A DNA stretch of 64,000 bases from Candidatus Marinacidobacterium sp. Its GTDB lineage: Bacteria > Acidobacteriota > Vicinamibacteria > Marinacidobacterales > Marinacidobacteraceae. Positions 19,839 through 30,219 of this stretch are shown piece after piece; the first letter of the stretch is position 1; each line of letters opens with the position of its first letter. A program made the position numbers and the translations under genes. The notes under the pieces are model-generated. The model had not been told where the DNA came from. It did no database searches and worked only from the letters and a program-made list of their open reading frames with translations. Location of the stretch: the NCBI GenBank assembly GCA_965220965.1, contig OZ244852.1:1504001-1568000 (forward strand). The letters are read 5' to 3'.

Positions 19839-20612
19839 TCAGGCCGGCGCCGGCGCGTCCCCGGCGCCCGAACGGAGCAGCGTCTCGAGCGTCGTCCGCG
19901 CCGGCAGCCCGCGCTCGGCGGCGGCCACCGTCAGCCGGCCGTGGAAGTGGAAGAGCTCCGCGCCCACCGCGCCGGGCGCCTCGATCGCGGCCGGGCCCTG
20001 ACGCCAGAAGTCGGCGAGCGCGGCGAAGGCCGGGCCCGAGAGCCGGCCGGTGGGCTCCCCGCGACCGGGGGCGCAGTCCGGGCAGGCGAACACCGGGCCG
20101 GAAGCGAAGAACGACCCGCCCCCGGTCTCGAACCCCTTCCCGCACTCGCAGCGGCCGGGGCGCGGGTAGAGCCCCGCCAGCCGGAGCGCCCAGGCCTCGA
20201 AGTAGGCCGTCACCAGATGGACCGGACGCTTGAGGACGAGGGCGTCCCGGCAGGCGGCGAGGAGGCGGTAGAGGCGCGGGTTCGGCTCGCGCTCGAGGGC
20301 GAAGAGATCCACGAGCTCGGAAAGGTAGCGGAGCGCGCCTCCGAGGACCGGATCGCGGACGAGCGGGAGCGCCGAGGCGACGAGGTCGCAGCGGTCCACC
20401 TGGACCAGTTCGCGGCCCTCGCGCTCGAACCAGCCGACGTCCACCTCGTTCCCGGCCCCGAGGCAGCTCCCGAACCGGGACTTCGGCTTCCTGGCGCCGC
20501 GGGCCCAGCCCCGCAGCTTGCCCTCGTCGGCACTGAACAGCACGACGACGAGGTCCGCCTCGGCCACCCGATAGGTCCGCAGCACGAAACAGCGCGCCTG
20601 CCGCACCGGCAT
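19839..20612 (-). CDS. recO: DNA repair protein RecO
   Basis: EADLVVVLFS..GK, ARGARKPKSRF, CxxC zinc motifs; adjacent to glyQ. Confidence 0.92.
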   Translation of the reverse strand: MPVRQARCFVLRTYRVAEADLVVVLFSADEGKLRGWARGARKPKSRFGSCLGAGNEVDVGWFEREGRELVQVDRCDLVASALPLVRDPVLGGALRYLSELVDLFALEREPNPRLYRLLAACRDALVLKRPVHLVTAYFEAWALRLAGLYPRPGRCECGKGFETGGGSFFASGPVFACPDCAPGRGEPTGRLSGPAFAALADFWRQGPAAIEAPGAVGAELFHFHGRLTVAAAERGLPARTTLETLLRSGAGDAPAPA

Positions 20613-20634
20613 GGACGGCCTCCCCGCTGGCCGC

Positions 20635-21993
20635 TCAGAAGGCGGTCAGCAGGGCGGTCCCGAGACCGAGGAAGAGGAGGAAGCCGGCGACGTCGGTCGC
20701 GGTGGTGACGAAGACCGAGGAGGCGAGCGCCGGATCCACCGACAGCCAGCGGAGCGTCAGCGGCATCAGGGTGCCGACGATCGCGGCGACCACCAGCGTC
20801 CCGACCATCGCGAGCGCGAGCGCGATGCCGATGCGGGGGTCCCCCTTCCACGCCCAGGCGACCGAGCCGATGAGCAGGCCGAGCAGCAGCCCGTTGACCC
20901 CGCCCACCGCCAGCTCCTTGAACAGCGCCTTGCGGCTGTTCTTCCAGCTCAGCTCACCGAGCGCGATCCCCCGGACCATGACGGTGAGCGTCTGGTTGCC
21001 GGCGTTCCCGCCGAGGAGCGGCACCATCGGCATGAAGACCGCGAGGATCGCGAATCGGGCAATGGACGCCTCGAAGAGGCTGACGACCGCGGCGGCGAGG
21101 AAGGCGGTCCCCACGTTGACCGCGAGCCACGGGGCCCGCATGCGGACCGACCGCGCCCAGCGGGTGAACACGCTCTCCGAGACCCCGAGGCCCGCCATCC
21201 GGTACATGTCCTCGGTCGCCTCCTCCTTGATGACGTCGATCACGTCGTCCACGGTGATCACGCCCACCAGCTTGCCGTGGGCGTTCACGACCGGGACCGC
21301 GAGGATGTTGTAGCTGGCGACGAGCTGGGCCACTTCCTCCTGGTCCATGTCGGTCCGGACCCGGAGGACATCGGTGACCATGACCTCGGAGAGGAGCGCT
21401 TCCGGCCGCCGGTGGAGCAACTGGCGCAGCGAGAGCACCCCGACCAGCGTTCCGTGGGGGTCCACGATGTAGATGTAGAAGACCATCTCCACATCGGGGG
21501 ACTGCTGGAGCTGGCGGATGGCCTCGCCGATCGTGGTGTCCTCGGGAAGCGAGAACACCTTCGGGTTCATGATCCGCCCGGCGGTCTCCTCCGGGTACTG
21601 GAGGAGGTCCTCGACGTCGGAGGCCTCGCGGGACCGCATCCCGCGGAGGACTTCCTCGCGCAGCTCCTCGGGGAGCGCGGCGAGGAAACCGGCGGCGTCG
21701 TCGGGGTCGAGCTCCTGGAGGACCTGGGAGACCTCCGGGGGCTTCAGCCGGACGAGGAGCTGGCCGCCGCGGTCGAGGCCCATGTCGCCGAGCGCCCCGG
21801 CGGCGAGCGACAGGTCCCGCTCGAACAGGACCCGGAAGGTCTTCAGCCGGTACGCCTCGGGGAGGTCGGTGAGGACCTGGCCGATGTCGGCCGGATGGAG
21901 CTTGGAGAGGATCCGGTGCGCGTTAGCGAACGCCCCCCGGGACACCAGCTTCCACACGGTCTCCGCGAGCAGCGGAGTCTTGGTAAGAACCAT
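20635..21993 (-). CDS. mgtE: Magnesium transporter MgtE
   Basis: N-domain, CBS pair, GGNAGNQT, DPALASSVFVTTATDV. Confidence 0.95.
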   Translation of the reverse strand: MVLTKTPLLAETVWKLVSRGAFANAHRILSKLHPADIGQVLTDLPEAYRLKTFRVLFERDLSLAAGALGDMGLDRGGQLLVRLKPPEVSQVLQELDPDDAAGFLAALPEELREEVLRGMRSREASDVEDLLQYPEETAGRIMNPKVFSLPEDTTIGEAIRQLQQSPDVEMVFYIYIVDPHGTLVGVLSLRQLLHRRPEALLSEVMVTDVLRVRTDMDQEEVAQLVASYNILAVPVVNAHGKLVGVITVDDVIDVIKEEATEDMYRMAGLGVSESVFTRWARSVRMRAPWLAVNVGTAFLAAAVVSLFEASIARFAILAVFMPMVPLLGGNAGNQTLTVMVRGIALGELSWKNSRKALFKELAVGGVNGLLLGLLIGSVAWAWKGDPRIGIALALAMVGTLVVAAIVGTLMPLTLRWLSVDPALASSVFVTTATDVAGFLLFLGLGTALLTAF

Positions 21994-22108
21994 GGTGAAT
22001 CAGGGTGGGGGCTTGCTTGAGCGCCTTTTTCCAGGACCTTGAGGCGGGGCGCACCTCGACGGAACCCGGGCCGGGTTCCGGAGGTTTGGCGGAGCCGTCG
22101 CGCTGCAT
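21923..22108 (-). CDS. Candidate leaderless uORF / leader peptide overlapping mgtE start (61 aa)
   Basis: TGnTAAATT at 22125-22117, ATG 8 nt later; MQRDGSAKPPEPGPGS... Confidence 0.35.
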   Translation of the reverse strand: MQRDGSAKPPEPGPGSVEVRPASRSWKKALKQAPTLIHHGSYQDSAARGDRVEAGVPGGVR

Positions 22109-22173
22109 TGGCGCCGAATTTACCATGCGGCGGAAGGCCGCCGGACGCCCTCGGCCGCGAGTTCCGGGACGGT

Positions 22174-23286
22174 TCAGCCGGCGCGCGCGGGCGCCGGATC
22201 GGCGGCCACCGCGAGCGCCAGCGCGGCGAGCGCATCCCGCCCGTCGAGGCTCGAGGACTTGAGCCGGAGATCGGTCGCGGCGGCCTCCCGGAGGAGCCGG
22301 CGCAGCGCGGCGGGCGTGAAACGCCCGGCGGTGGCGCGGATCTCGTCGGCCACCCGGGGAGGGACGCCGAGCGCCCCCGCCAGCGACTCGCCTCCCGGCC
22401 TCCACGCCTGCGCAAGCTGGATCTGGACGAGGAGGCGGTAGAGCAGCGGGAGCAGCGCGATCGGGTCCTCGCCGTCGGCCAGCAGCCGGTCCAGCGCGTC
22501 GAGCGCGGGCCCCGCTTCGCCCCGCTGGAGGGCGTTCGTGAACCGGAAACGGTCCCGCAGGCTCCCTCCCCCGCCCACCTGATCCATGTCATCGAGCGAG
22601 ACCGCGGCGCCGGACTCCCCGCCCGCGAACAGGAAGAGCTTGTCCAGCTCGTTCGTCTGGCGGCGGAGGTCGTTGCCGAAGCGCTCGGCGAGCCGCTCGG
22701 CGCCGCCCTTCGGCAACTTCAGGCCGCGCGCTTTCGCGGCGCCCCGGATCCACGCCGGCATGCTCGCCTCGACCGGGGGATCGGCGTCCACCACCACCGC
22801 CCGGCCCTCCTTCACCGCGGCCGCCAGCGCATTGCCGAGGGCGCTCCACTCCTTGCGCCGCCGATCCGGGTCGCGCTCCCACTCGACGGCGATGACGGCC
22901 GCTCCGGGGGGGCGGGCGACGAGGTCCGCGAACGCCTCCGCCAGCGCCCGCCCGCGCTTCGTCCGCTGCGGTTGCGCGAGGCGCACGGCGTTCTCGACGA
23001 GGACGACCGGGCCGCCGCCGAACGAGACGGTTCGCGCCGAACTCTCGAGCTGGTCCCGGGTCATCGCGGCCCCGTTCAGCCGGCGGCGCCGGAACGGGGC
23101 GGGCTCGTTCCCGAGATGGTGTTCGGCGATGCGGCGGAGCGCTCCCTGGCGGAGCCAGGCGTCGGCCCCTCCCACGATGTAGAGGCCCGGCCCTTCGGGC
23201 GGGAAGAGGCTCCCTTCCAGACCCGCCGCCGGAACCGGCCGAAGCGGCGCGAACGTCTCGGCGAAGCCGCGCCGCCCCCAGGCCAT
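22174..23286 (-). CDS. holA: DNA polymerase III subunit delta
   Basis: HolA-like size and NELDKLFLF motif; conserved leuS-lptE-holA order. Confidence 0.85.
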   Translation of the reverse strand: MAWGRRGFAETFAPLRPVPAAGLEGSLFPPEGPGLYIVGGADAWLRQGALRRIAEHHLGNEPAPFRRRRLNGAAMTRDQLESSARTVSFGGGPVVLVENAVRLAQPQRTKRGRALAEAFADLVARPPGAAVIAVEWERDPDRRRKEWSALGNALAAAVKEGRAVVVDADPPVEASMPAWIRGAAKARGLKLPKGGAERLAERFGNDLRRQTNELDKLFLFAGGESGAAVSLDDMDQVGGGGSLRDRFRFTNALQRGEAGPALDALDRLLADGEDPIALLPLLYRLLVQIQLAQAWRPGGESLAGALGVPPRVADEIRATAGRFTPAALRRLLREAAATDLRLKSSSLDGRDALAALALAVAADPAPARAG

Positions 23287-23301
23287 TGCGGGAATCCCCC
23301 C

Positions 23302-23844
23302 TCAGAACCCCTCGAGGATCGCGACGAGGAGTGAGTCGGCGAACGAGGTGGCGATCCGCCGGAACGCCTGCCCTTCGGTGTTGAAGACGGCGTCGGGGTC
23401 GTCCCCGATGGAGAACTCGTCGCGAAGCGTGAACTCGTCGGAGGAGAAGAGCGCCTCGTCGTTCACCACGTCGAGGAGCTCCACCGTCGCCCGCACGATG
23501 ACCAGATAGGTGGAGGCGGCGCCGGTGGCCGGATCGAGCTGCGCCGGCGAGAAGTCGACGCTCAGGACCGTCCCCGAGAGCACCGCATGGGCGCCCTCTT
23601 CGGTCTCCTGGACGGTGTAGCGGCCGCGGCGGTTCAGCCCGGCGATGAGCTCCTCGGTCATCGCCTCCTCGACTTCGGGGAAGGCGCTCTCGTTCTCGAA
23701 GGGGACGACCGCCACGACCTCGATGTGGCCGGGGAGCCCGGCGCCCAGACCAGCCAGCCGGTACCCGCAAGCGGCGGAGGCGAGCGCCGCGAGGGCGCCG
23801 AGGCCGAGAGCGATGTTCCGCGTCCGCGGGATCCGGCCTCGCAA
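23302..23844 (-). CDS. lptE: LPS assembly lipoprotein LptE
   Basis: Lipobox ..AACGYRL; located between leuS and holA. Confidence 0.85.
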   Translation of the reverse strand: MRGRIPRTRNIALGLGALAALASAACGYRLAGLGAGLPGHIEVVAVVPFENESAFPEVEEAMTEELIAGLNRRGRYTVQETEEGAHAVLSGTVLSVDFSPAQLDPATGAASTYLVIVRATVELLDVVNDEALFSSDEFTLRDEFSIGDDPDAVFNTEGQAFRRIATSFADSLLVAILEGF

Positions 23845-23854
23845 CGCGCTCTTC

Positions 23855-26332
23855 CTACGCCGCGACGAAGTTCACCAGCCGGTCGGGCACGGTGACGACC
23901 TTCCGCACCGTGAGGCCCTCGAGATGGCGGTCGACGCCGCGGCTCTGGCGGGCCAGCTCCACGAGCTCCTCGCGCCCGAGCCCGGGGGCCGCCTCGACCC
24001 GGCCGCGCAGCTTCCCGTTGACCTGGACCACGATGAGCACCGTCTCCTCGCGGGCGAGGTCGTCGTCGCACTCAGGCCACGGCGAGTCGAGCAGCGGAAC
24101 CGCGTTCCCGAGCCGCTCCCACAGCTCTTCGGTGAGGTGGGGGGCCATTGGGTTGAGCAGCGCGAGCACCGCTTCGACCGCCTCGCGGACCGCGCGCCGG
24201 GCCGGTTCCGAAGAAGCGCCCGGCAGCCGCGCGAGGACTGCGTTCCAAAGCTCCATGACCGCGGCGATCGCGGTGTTCGGGTGGATCCGCTCGCCCAGGT
24301 CGAGCGTCACCTTGCGGATCGTCTGGTGGGTCTTGCGGCGGAGCGCGAGGTCCTCGTCGGCGAAGTCCTCGTCCCCCGCCGGAAGCGCGACGTCCGGGAG
24401 CCAAGCGGCCTCGCCCGGGATGACCCGCTCGAGCCGCTTCAGGAAGCGGGCCGGCCCCTGGAGGCGGGCGTCGGTCCAGTCCATCTCCTTCTCGGGCGGC
24501 GCTTCGAAGAGGACGTAGAGGCGGATCGCGTCGGCGCCGTGCTCCTCCACCGCGGCGTCCGGGTCCACCACGTTGCCCTTGCTCTTGGACATCTTGGCGC
24601 CGTCCTTGATGACCATCCCCTGGCTGAGCTGGCGGATGACGGGCTCGTCGTGGTGGATGAGCCCCAGGTCGCGCATGACCCGGGTCCAGAACCGACAGTA
24701 GATGAGGTGGAGGATGGCGTGCTCCACGCCGCCGATGTAGAGGTCGATCGGGAACCAGGCGCTGGCGCGCTCCGGCTCGAACGGCGCGGACGCGTTCTCG
24801 GGGTCGAGGTAGCGGTAGAAGTACCAGGACGAGTCCACGAAAGTGTCCATCGTGTCCGTCTCGCGCCGGGCGGCCCCGCCGCAGCGGGGACAGTCCACCC
24901 GGAGCCAGTCCTCCGCCCGCTCGAGCGCGGCGCCCCCCATCCCGGTCAGCTCGACGTCCCTCGGGAGCTCGACCGGCAGGTCGGCTTCGGGAACCGGAAC
25001 CAGATCGCACGAAGGGCAGTGGATCATCGGGATCGGCGTGCCCCAGTAGCGCTGGCGGGAGACGCCCCAGTCGTGGAAGCGCCACTCGGTCCGGGACTTT
25101 CCGAAGCCACCGTCGGCGGCGTGTCGCACCATCGCGGCCCGCGCCTCCTCGCCGGGGAGGCCGCTGAACGGCCCGGAGTTCACGACCGTGCCGTCATCGG
25201 TGAAGGCGCCTTCGGCGGCCTCCGCCTCCGGATCGTTCGGGATGACCACCGGCCGGATCGGGATCCCGTAGCGCAGCGCGAACTCGTGGTCGCGCTCGTC
25301 GTGCGCGGGGACGCACATGACCGCTCCGGCGCCGTAGCCCATGAGCACGTAGTCGGCGACGAACACCGGGATGTCCTCGCCCGAGAACGGGTTCACCGCG
25401 GACACCCCGGTCGCCACCCCGGTCTTTTCGGCGGGGGGCGCCCCCGGCTGCGTCGCCACCGGGCCAGCGGCGTTCGCCCGGTCGATGTACTCCCGCACCT
25501 CGGGGTTCGAGGCGGCGATCTTCCCGGAAGCCGGGTGGGCGGGAGCGAGGACCAGCGCGGTCGCGCCGTAGATCGTGTCCACCCGGGTGGTGAACACCGG
25601 GACCTCGCCTTCGGACCCGAGCGCGGGGATCCGGAAGGTGACCTCCGCGCCCTCGGACTTGCCGATCCAGTTCCGCTGCAGGAGGAGGACCTTCCTCGGC
25701 CACCCGGTCATCTCCTCCATCGCCTGAAGCAGCTCCTCGGCGTAGGCGGTGATGCGGAAGAACCACTGCGGAAGCTCGCGGGAGACGACCTCGGACTCGC
25801 ACCGCCAGCAGCATCCGGCCTCGACCTGCTCGTTCGCCAGCACGGTCTGGCAGCCGGGACACCAGTTCACCGCCCGGTTGGCCCGGTAGACCAGGCCCTT
25901 CTCGCGCATCCGCAGGAAGAACCACTGGTTCCAGCGGTAGTACTCCGGATCGCAGGTCGCGAACTCCCGGTCCCAGTCGTAGCTGAACCCGAGGCGGCGA
26001 AGCTGCCGCCGCATGTGGTCGATGTTGTCGCGGGTCCAGTCGGCCGGATGGACCCCGTGGGCCAGCGCGGCGTTCTCGGCCGGCAGGCCGAGCGCGTCCC
26101 AACCGATCGGATGCATCACGGCGTAGCCGCAGCGCCGCCGGAACCGGGCGACCACGTCGCCGATGGAGTAGTTCCGCACGTGCCCCATGTGGATCCGCCC
26201 CGACGGATAAGGCAGCATCTCGAGGCAGTAGAAGCGGGGTCCGGTGGGGACGTCCGGGGCGCGGAACGCCCCCTCGCGCTCCCAGCGCTCCTGCCACTTC
26301 GTCTCGACGAGGTGATGGGACTTGCGGGTCAT
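23855..26332 (-). CDS. leuS: Leucine-tRNA ligase
   Basis: EMLPYPSGRIHMGH, TTRVDT, SRQRYWGTPIP, KMSKS, VQVNGKLR; ATG 26332 overlaps the mutY stop. Confidence 0.97.
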   Translation of the reverse strand: MTRKSHHLVETKWQERWEREGAFRAPDVPTGPRFYCLEMLPYPSGRIHMGHVRNYSIGDVVARFRRRCGYAVMHPIGWDALGLPAENAALAHGVHPADWTRDNIDHMRRQLRRLGFSYDWDREFATCDPEYYRWNQWFFLRMREKGLVYRANRAVNWCPGCQTVLANEQVEAGCCWRCESEVVSRELPQWFFRITAYAEELLQAMEEMTGWPRKVLLLQRNWIGKSEGAEVTFRIPALGSEGEVPVFTTRVDTIYGATALVLAPAHPASGKIAASNPEVREYIDRANAAGPVATQPGAPPAEKTGVATGVSAVNPFSGEDIPVFVADYVLMGYGAGAVMCVPAHDERDHEFALRYGIPIRPVVIPNDPEAEAAEGAFTDDGTVVNSGPFSGLPGEEARAAMVRHAADGGFGKSRTEWRFHDWGVSRQRYWGTPIPMIHCPSCDLVPVPEADLPVELPRDVELTGMGGAALERAEDWLRVDCPRCGGAARRETDTMDTFVDSSWYFYRYLDPENASAPFEPERASAWFPIDLYIGGVEHAILHLIYCRFWTRVMRDLGLIHHDEPVIRQLSQGMVIKDGAKMSKSKGNVVDPDAAVEEHGADAIRLYVLFEAPPEKEMDWTDARLQGPARFLKRLERVIPGEAAWLPDVALPAGDEDFADEDLALRRKTHQTIRKVTLDLGERIHPNTAIAAVMELWNAVLARLPGASSEPARRAVREAVEAVLALLNPMAPHLTEELWERLGNAVPLLDSPWPECDDDLAREETVLIVVQVNGKLRGRVEAAPGLGREELVELARQSRGVDRHLEGLTVRKVVTVPDRLVNFVAA

Positions 26333-27453
26333 GAGGATGGGCGCGCAGTGTAGGCGCTGGAACCGTTGGAGCGGCCCTCCCCGGTCGACCCGTCGGTCGT
26401 CCCGTCGGCCTTCCCGTCGGCCGGCTCGAGGCGGGCGAGCACTTTCGCCGGAATGGCGCCCGCCGGGAGCGTCGCCATGTCCTCGGGCCGGACCCACCGC
26501 GCCTCCTCCGGGAGCCCGGCGGGAGTCCCGGCGACGCGCGCCTCGAACGCGAACACCGTGATCCGGCGGTTCATCACCTGGTGCCGGAAGGGGGGCAGCG
26601 ACCGGCCCACCGCGAGTTCGAGGCGGAAGCGTTCGCGCACCGCGCGGAGAAGCGCGTCGCGCGGCGCCTCGCCCGGGTCGCAGGGGCCCCCGGGGAAGTC
26701 GTAGAGGCCCTTCAGCGGAGGGGTCTGGCGGCGCACCACCAGGAGGCGCCCTTCCCCGTCCCGGAGGACGCCCCGCGTCGCGCGCACCGTGACCGTCGCC
26801 GGCTTCGGCGCCGGCTCGGGGAACTCGCGCTCCCGGCCCTGGGAGCGGGCGGCGCAGAGGGACTCCACCGGGCACGCTTCGCAGCGCGGCCGCCCCGGGA
26901 TGCAGACGAGCGCGCCCAGCTCCATGAGCGCCTGGTTCCAGTGGCCCGGGTCGCGCGCGCCGCCCGTGGCCATCAGGGCGTCGGCGAGCTCCCGGATGCG
27001 GCGCTCGAATCCGGCGCGTCCCGCGACTCCCTCGACCGCAAAGATCCGCGCGAGGACCCGCCGGACGTTCCCGTCGACGACCGCGACCGGCTCGCCGAAG
27101 GCGATCGAGGCCACCGCCGCCGCGGTGTAGGCCCCGACGCCCGGGAGCTTCCGCAGCTCCGCCGAACTCCGGGGCACTTCCCCGCCCGCTTCGGCGAGGC
27201 GGCGCGCCGCCCGGTGGAGGGCGCGCGCCCGGCGGTAGTAGCCGAGCCCCGACCAGGCGGCGAGCGCCTCGTCCTCGTCGGCCGCCGCGAGCGCCGCCGG
27301 ATCCGGGAAGCGGGCGAGGAACGCGCGATAGCGGGGCAGCATCGCCTCGACCCGGGTCTGCTGGAGCATGACCTCGGAGACCCAGATCCCCCACGGATCC
27401 GGGTCCTCGCGAAACGGCAGCGCCCGGTGGTTCGCCCGGAACCAGTCGAGCAG
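26329..27453 (-). CDS. mutY: A/G-specific adenine glycosylase MutY
   Basis: LLDWF..RALPFR..PWGIWVSEVMLQQT, WSGLGYY, LPGVGAYTA, VDGNVRRV, Cx6Cx2Cx5C, NUDIX-like tail; start probably non-canonical (CTG 27453). Confidence 0.92.
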   Translation of the reverse strand: MLDWFRANHRALPFREDPDPWGIWVSEVMLQQTRVEAMLPRYRAFLARFPDPAALAAADEDEALAAWSGLGYYRRARALHRAARRLAEAGGEVPRSSAELRKLPGVGAYTAAAVASIAFGEPVAVVDGNVRRVLARIFAVEGVAGRAGFERRIRELADALMATGGARDPGHWNQALMELGALVCIPGRPRCEACPVESLCAARSQGREREFPEPAPKPATVTVRATRGVLRDGEGRLLVVRRQTPPLKGLYDFPGGPCDPGEAPRDALLRAVRERFRLELAVGRSLPPFRHQVMNRRITVFAFEARVAGTPAGLPEEARWVRPEDMATLPAGAIPAKVLARLEPADGKADGTTDGSTGEGRSNGSSAYTARPSS

Positions 27454-27532
27454 CGCGCGACGGAGCGCCCCGAGAGCCTCCGGGGGCCGACGGGACTGCG
27501 GGTCGGGGCCGGTCGAGGCGCCCCGCCCCGGT

Positions 27533-28573
27533 TCAGCCGAGGAGCTGCTCTCCGATGCGGCGGTAGAGATCCACGGCCTCCACGAGCTGCGACTTCAGGA
27601 TCCACTCGTCGGCGGTGTGGGCCTGGTGGATGCTCCCGGGGCCGATGAGCAGGGGGGCGCCCCACGAAGGCATGAACGGGATGTCCGTGCTGTAGGACAT
27701 CGGCGCCACCCGGAAGCCGGGAAGCGTCCGGCAGAAGACGGCGTCGTTCTGGCCGACGAACTCCCACGACAGCTTCGGATCCTCGGCGACCATGCGATCC
27801 AGTCGCTCGCGGGCGGTCCCGGCGTCGCCGACGAGCCGCCAGTAGAGCGTCGCCTCGGCGGAGGGCGCGAGCACGTTCCCGGCGACGCCGCCGGAGATCT
27901 GCCCCACGTTGAGCGTCGCCGGGCCGAGGACGTCGCTTTGCCCCCAGTCGAGCCCCTGGCAGCGGGCGATGAAGGCGAGCAGGCGGTGGATCGCCGAGTC
28001 GCCGACGTCGGGGTAGGCCGAATGGGCCGCCACGCCCTCGGCGCGGAGCCGGACCCGCAGCGTCCCCTTGTGCCCGCTGGCCATGAGGTTCTCGGTCGGC
28101 TCGCCGCAGACCAGGAAGCCCTCCGCCGTGGGATCACCGCCGAAGCGGGCCGGACCGCGCTCCTCGAGCGCCTTCGCGCCGGCGCTGTCCACCTCCTCGC
28201 CGATGGTGAAGGCGAGCCCGAACCCGGAGGCCCCGGCCTCCCGGAGCCGCCTGGCGGCGAACACGATGGCCGCGAGGATCCCCTTGGCGTCGCAGGCGCC
28301 GCGCCCCGAGATCCGGTCGGCGGTTTCCGAAGAGGGGAAGAACGGGGGAACGGTGTCGATGTGGGTGCAGTACCAGAGCCGGACCGGGTCGGACCCGGCG
28401 CGGGCGATCAGATTGGGGCGGCCGGGCGCCGCCTCGTCGAGCTCCACATCGAACCCGAGCGCCTCGACGTCGGAGGCGATCTTCGCCGCCGCCGCCGCCT
28501 CGTCGCCGGTGACCGAGGGGATGTCCACCAGCTCCCGGACGTAGCGGAACAGCGCCTCGGGGGTCTGGTCCAC
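27533..28573 (-). CDS. M20 metallopeptidase (ArgE/DapE family)
   Basis: THIDTVPP, GRGACDAKG, GEE, GEPT, GPGSIHQAHTADE. Confidence 0.9.
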   Translation of the reverse strand: MDQTPEALFRYVRELVDIPSVTGDEAAAAAKIASDVEALGFDVELDEAAPGRPNLIARAGSDPVRLWYCTHIDTVPPFFPSSETADRISGRGACDAKGILAAIVFAARRLREAGASGFGLAFTIGEEVDSAGAKALEERGPARFGGDPTAEGFLVCGEPTENLMASGHKGTLRVRLRAEGVAAHSAYPDVGDSAIHRLLAFIARCQGLDWGQSDVLGPATLNVGQISGGVAGNVLAPSAEATLYWRLVGDAGTARERLDRMVAEDPKLSWEFVGQNDAVFCRTLPGFRVAPMSYSTDIPFMPSWGAPLLIGPGSIHQAHTADEWILKSQLVEAVDLYRRIGEQLLG

Positions 28574-28593
28574 GGTCCCTCCCGGATGGCCCG

Positions 28594-29841
28594 TCAGGCC
28601 GCCTCCGGATGCCGGAACAGCAGCGCCGCGTTCGTCCCGCCGAACCCGAACGAGTTCGAGAGGACGGACCGGACCTGCATCTTCCGGGCGTGGTTCGGGA
28701 CCACGTCGAGGTCGCAGTCCGGGTCGGGCGTCTCGTAGTTGATCGTCGGCGGGACGGTCTGGTGGCGCACGGTGAGGCAGGCGATCGCCGCCTCGAGCCC
28801 CCCGGCGCCCCCGAGGAGGTGCCCGGTCATGGATTTCGTGGAGGAGACGGCGAGGCGGTCAGCGTGTTCCCCGAACACCTTGCGGATCGCGCCGGTCTCG
28901 ATGCGGTCGTTCAGCGGGGTCGAGGTGCCGTGCGCGTTGACCGCGTCGACATCCTCCGGCGAGGCCTTCGCCTCGGCGAGCGCCGCCCGCATGACCCGCA
29001 CCGCCCCTTCGCCCTCGGGGGAGGGCGCGGTGATGTGGAAGGCGTCCCCGGTCATGCCGTAGCCGATGACTTCGGCGTAGACCTCGGCCCCCCGGGCGAG
29101 CGCCGCCTCGCGTTCCTCGAGAACGAGGATCCCGGCGCCCTCGCCCACCACGAAGCCGTCCCGGTCCCCGTCGAACGGGCGCGAGGCGCGCTCCGGCTCG
29201 TCGTTGCGGGTGGACAGCGCCCGCAGCGAGGCGAACCCGCCGATGCACATCGGGGTGATCGTGGCCTCCGCCCCGCCGGCGATCATCGTCCGGGCGTAGC
29301 CGTGGCGGATCAGCCGGTAGGCGTCGCCGATGGCGTGCGCGCCGGCCGAGCAGGCGGTCGCCGGCGCCGAGTTGGGACCCCGGGCGCCGAGGCGGATGGA
29401 CACCTGGCCGGCGGCGAGGTTCACGACCATCGCCGGCACGAAGAACGGCGAGATGCGGCGGGGTCCCATCTCGAGCAGGCGGCGGTGCTCCCGCTCGATC
29501 GTGGCGAACCCCCCGATGCCCGAGGCGATGATCACCCCGGTCTCGTCCGGGTCGGCGACCGGAACCTCGAGACCGGCGTCCTCCACCGCGAAGAGCGAGG
29601 CGGCCACCGCGTAGTGGATGAAGGGGTCCATCTTCCGCGACTCGCGGCGGTCGATGTACTCGAGGGCGTCGAACCCCTTGACTTCGCAGCCGATCCGCGC
29701 CGAGAACCCGGTCGTGTCGAACCGGGTGATCGGCCCCGCCCCCGACCGGCCGGCCAGCAGGCCCTCCCAGGTGGCGTCGGTCCCGACGCCCAGCGGAGAC
29801 ACCACGCCCACGCCGGTCACGACGACGCGCCGCAGGCTCAT
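28594..29841 (-). CDS. fabF: 3-oxoacyl-ACP synthase II
   Basis: [30 protein letters not shown]. Confidence 0.96.
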   Translation of the reverse strand: MSLRRVVVTGVGVVSPLGVGTDATWEGLLAGRSGAGPITRFDTTGFSARIGCEVKGFDALEYIDRRESRKMDPFIHYAVAASLFAVEDAGLEVPVADPDETGVIIASGIGGFATIEREHRRLLEMGPRRISPFFVPAMVVNLAAGQVSIRLGARGPNSAPATACSAGAHAIGDAYRLIRHGYARTMIAGGAEATITPMCIGGFASLRALSTRNDEPERASRPFDGDRDGFVVGEGAGILVLEEREAALARGAEVYAEVIGYGMTGDAFHITAPSPEGEGAVRVMRAALAEAKASPEDVDAVNAHGTSTPLNDRIETGAIRKVFGEHADRLAVSSTKSMTGHLLGGAGGLEAAIACLTVRHQTVPPTINYETPDPDCDLDVVPNHARKMQVRSVLSNSFGFGGTNAALLFRHPEAA

Positions 29842-29889
29842 CGCTCGCGCCTCAGGCGACTCGCGGGCGGCCGGGGACCTGCCTGGTCC

Positions 29890-30168
29890 TCAGTCCTTGA
29901 TGCGCGCGCGGATGAACTCGACCGCATCGCCGACGGTCTGGATGCTCCCCTCGTCTTCGGTGCTGATCTCGATCCCGAAGGTCTCCTCGAGCGCCATGTT
30001 CATCTCCTGGATGTCGAGCGAATCGGCGTTCAGGTCGTCCACGAAGCTGGCCTCGGGCGTCACCTCGTCGGGCGTCACGGAGAGGTTCTCGCAGATGATC
30101 TCGCGGATCCGCTCATCGAGCGGGATCTCCTCTTCAGGGACCTCGGCGGGATTCTGCTTGTCCGTCAT
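29890..30168 (-). CDS. acpP: Acyl carrier protein
   Basis: DDLNADSLD phosphopantetheine motif; between fabG and fabF. Confidence 0.93.
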   Translation of the reverse strand: MTDKQNPAEVPEEEIPLDERIREIICENLSVTPDEVTPEASFVDDLNADSLDIQEMNMALEETFGIEISTEDEGSIQTVGDAVEFIRARIKD

Positions 30169-30219
30169 CGTGGGTTCATCCTCCTGGGAGTGTGGGCGGG
30201 GGCGTCGCCCCCACGGGAA

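Noticed and set aside
21994-22170. M-box or yybP-ykoY riboswitch upstream of mgtE
   Set aside because: Conserved sequence elements of either family not found
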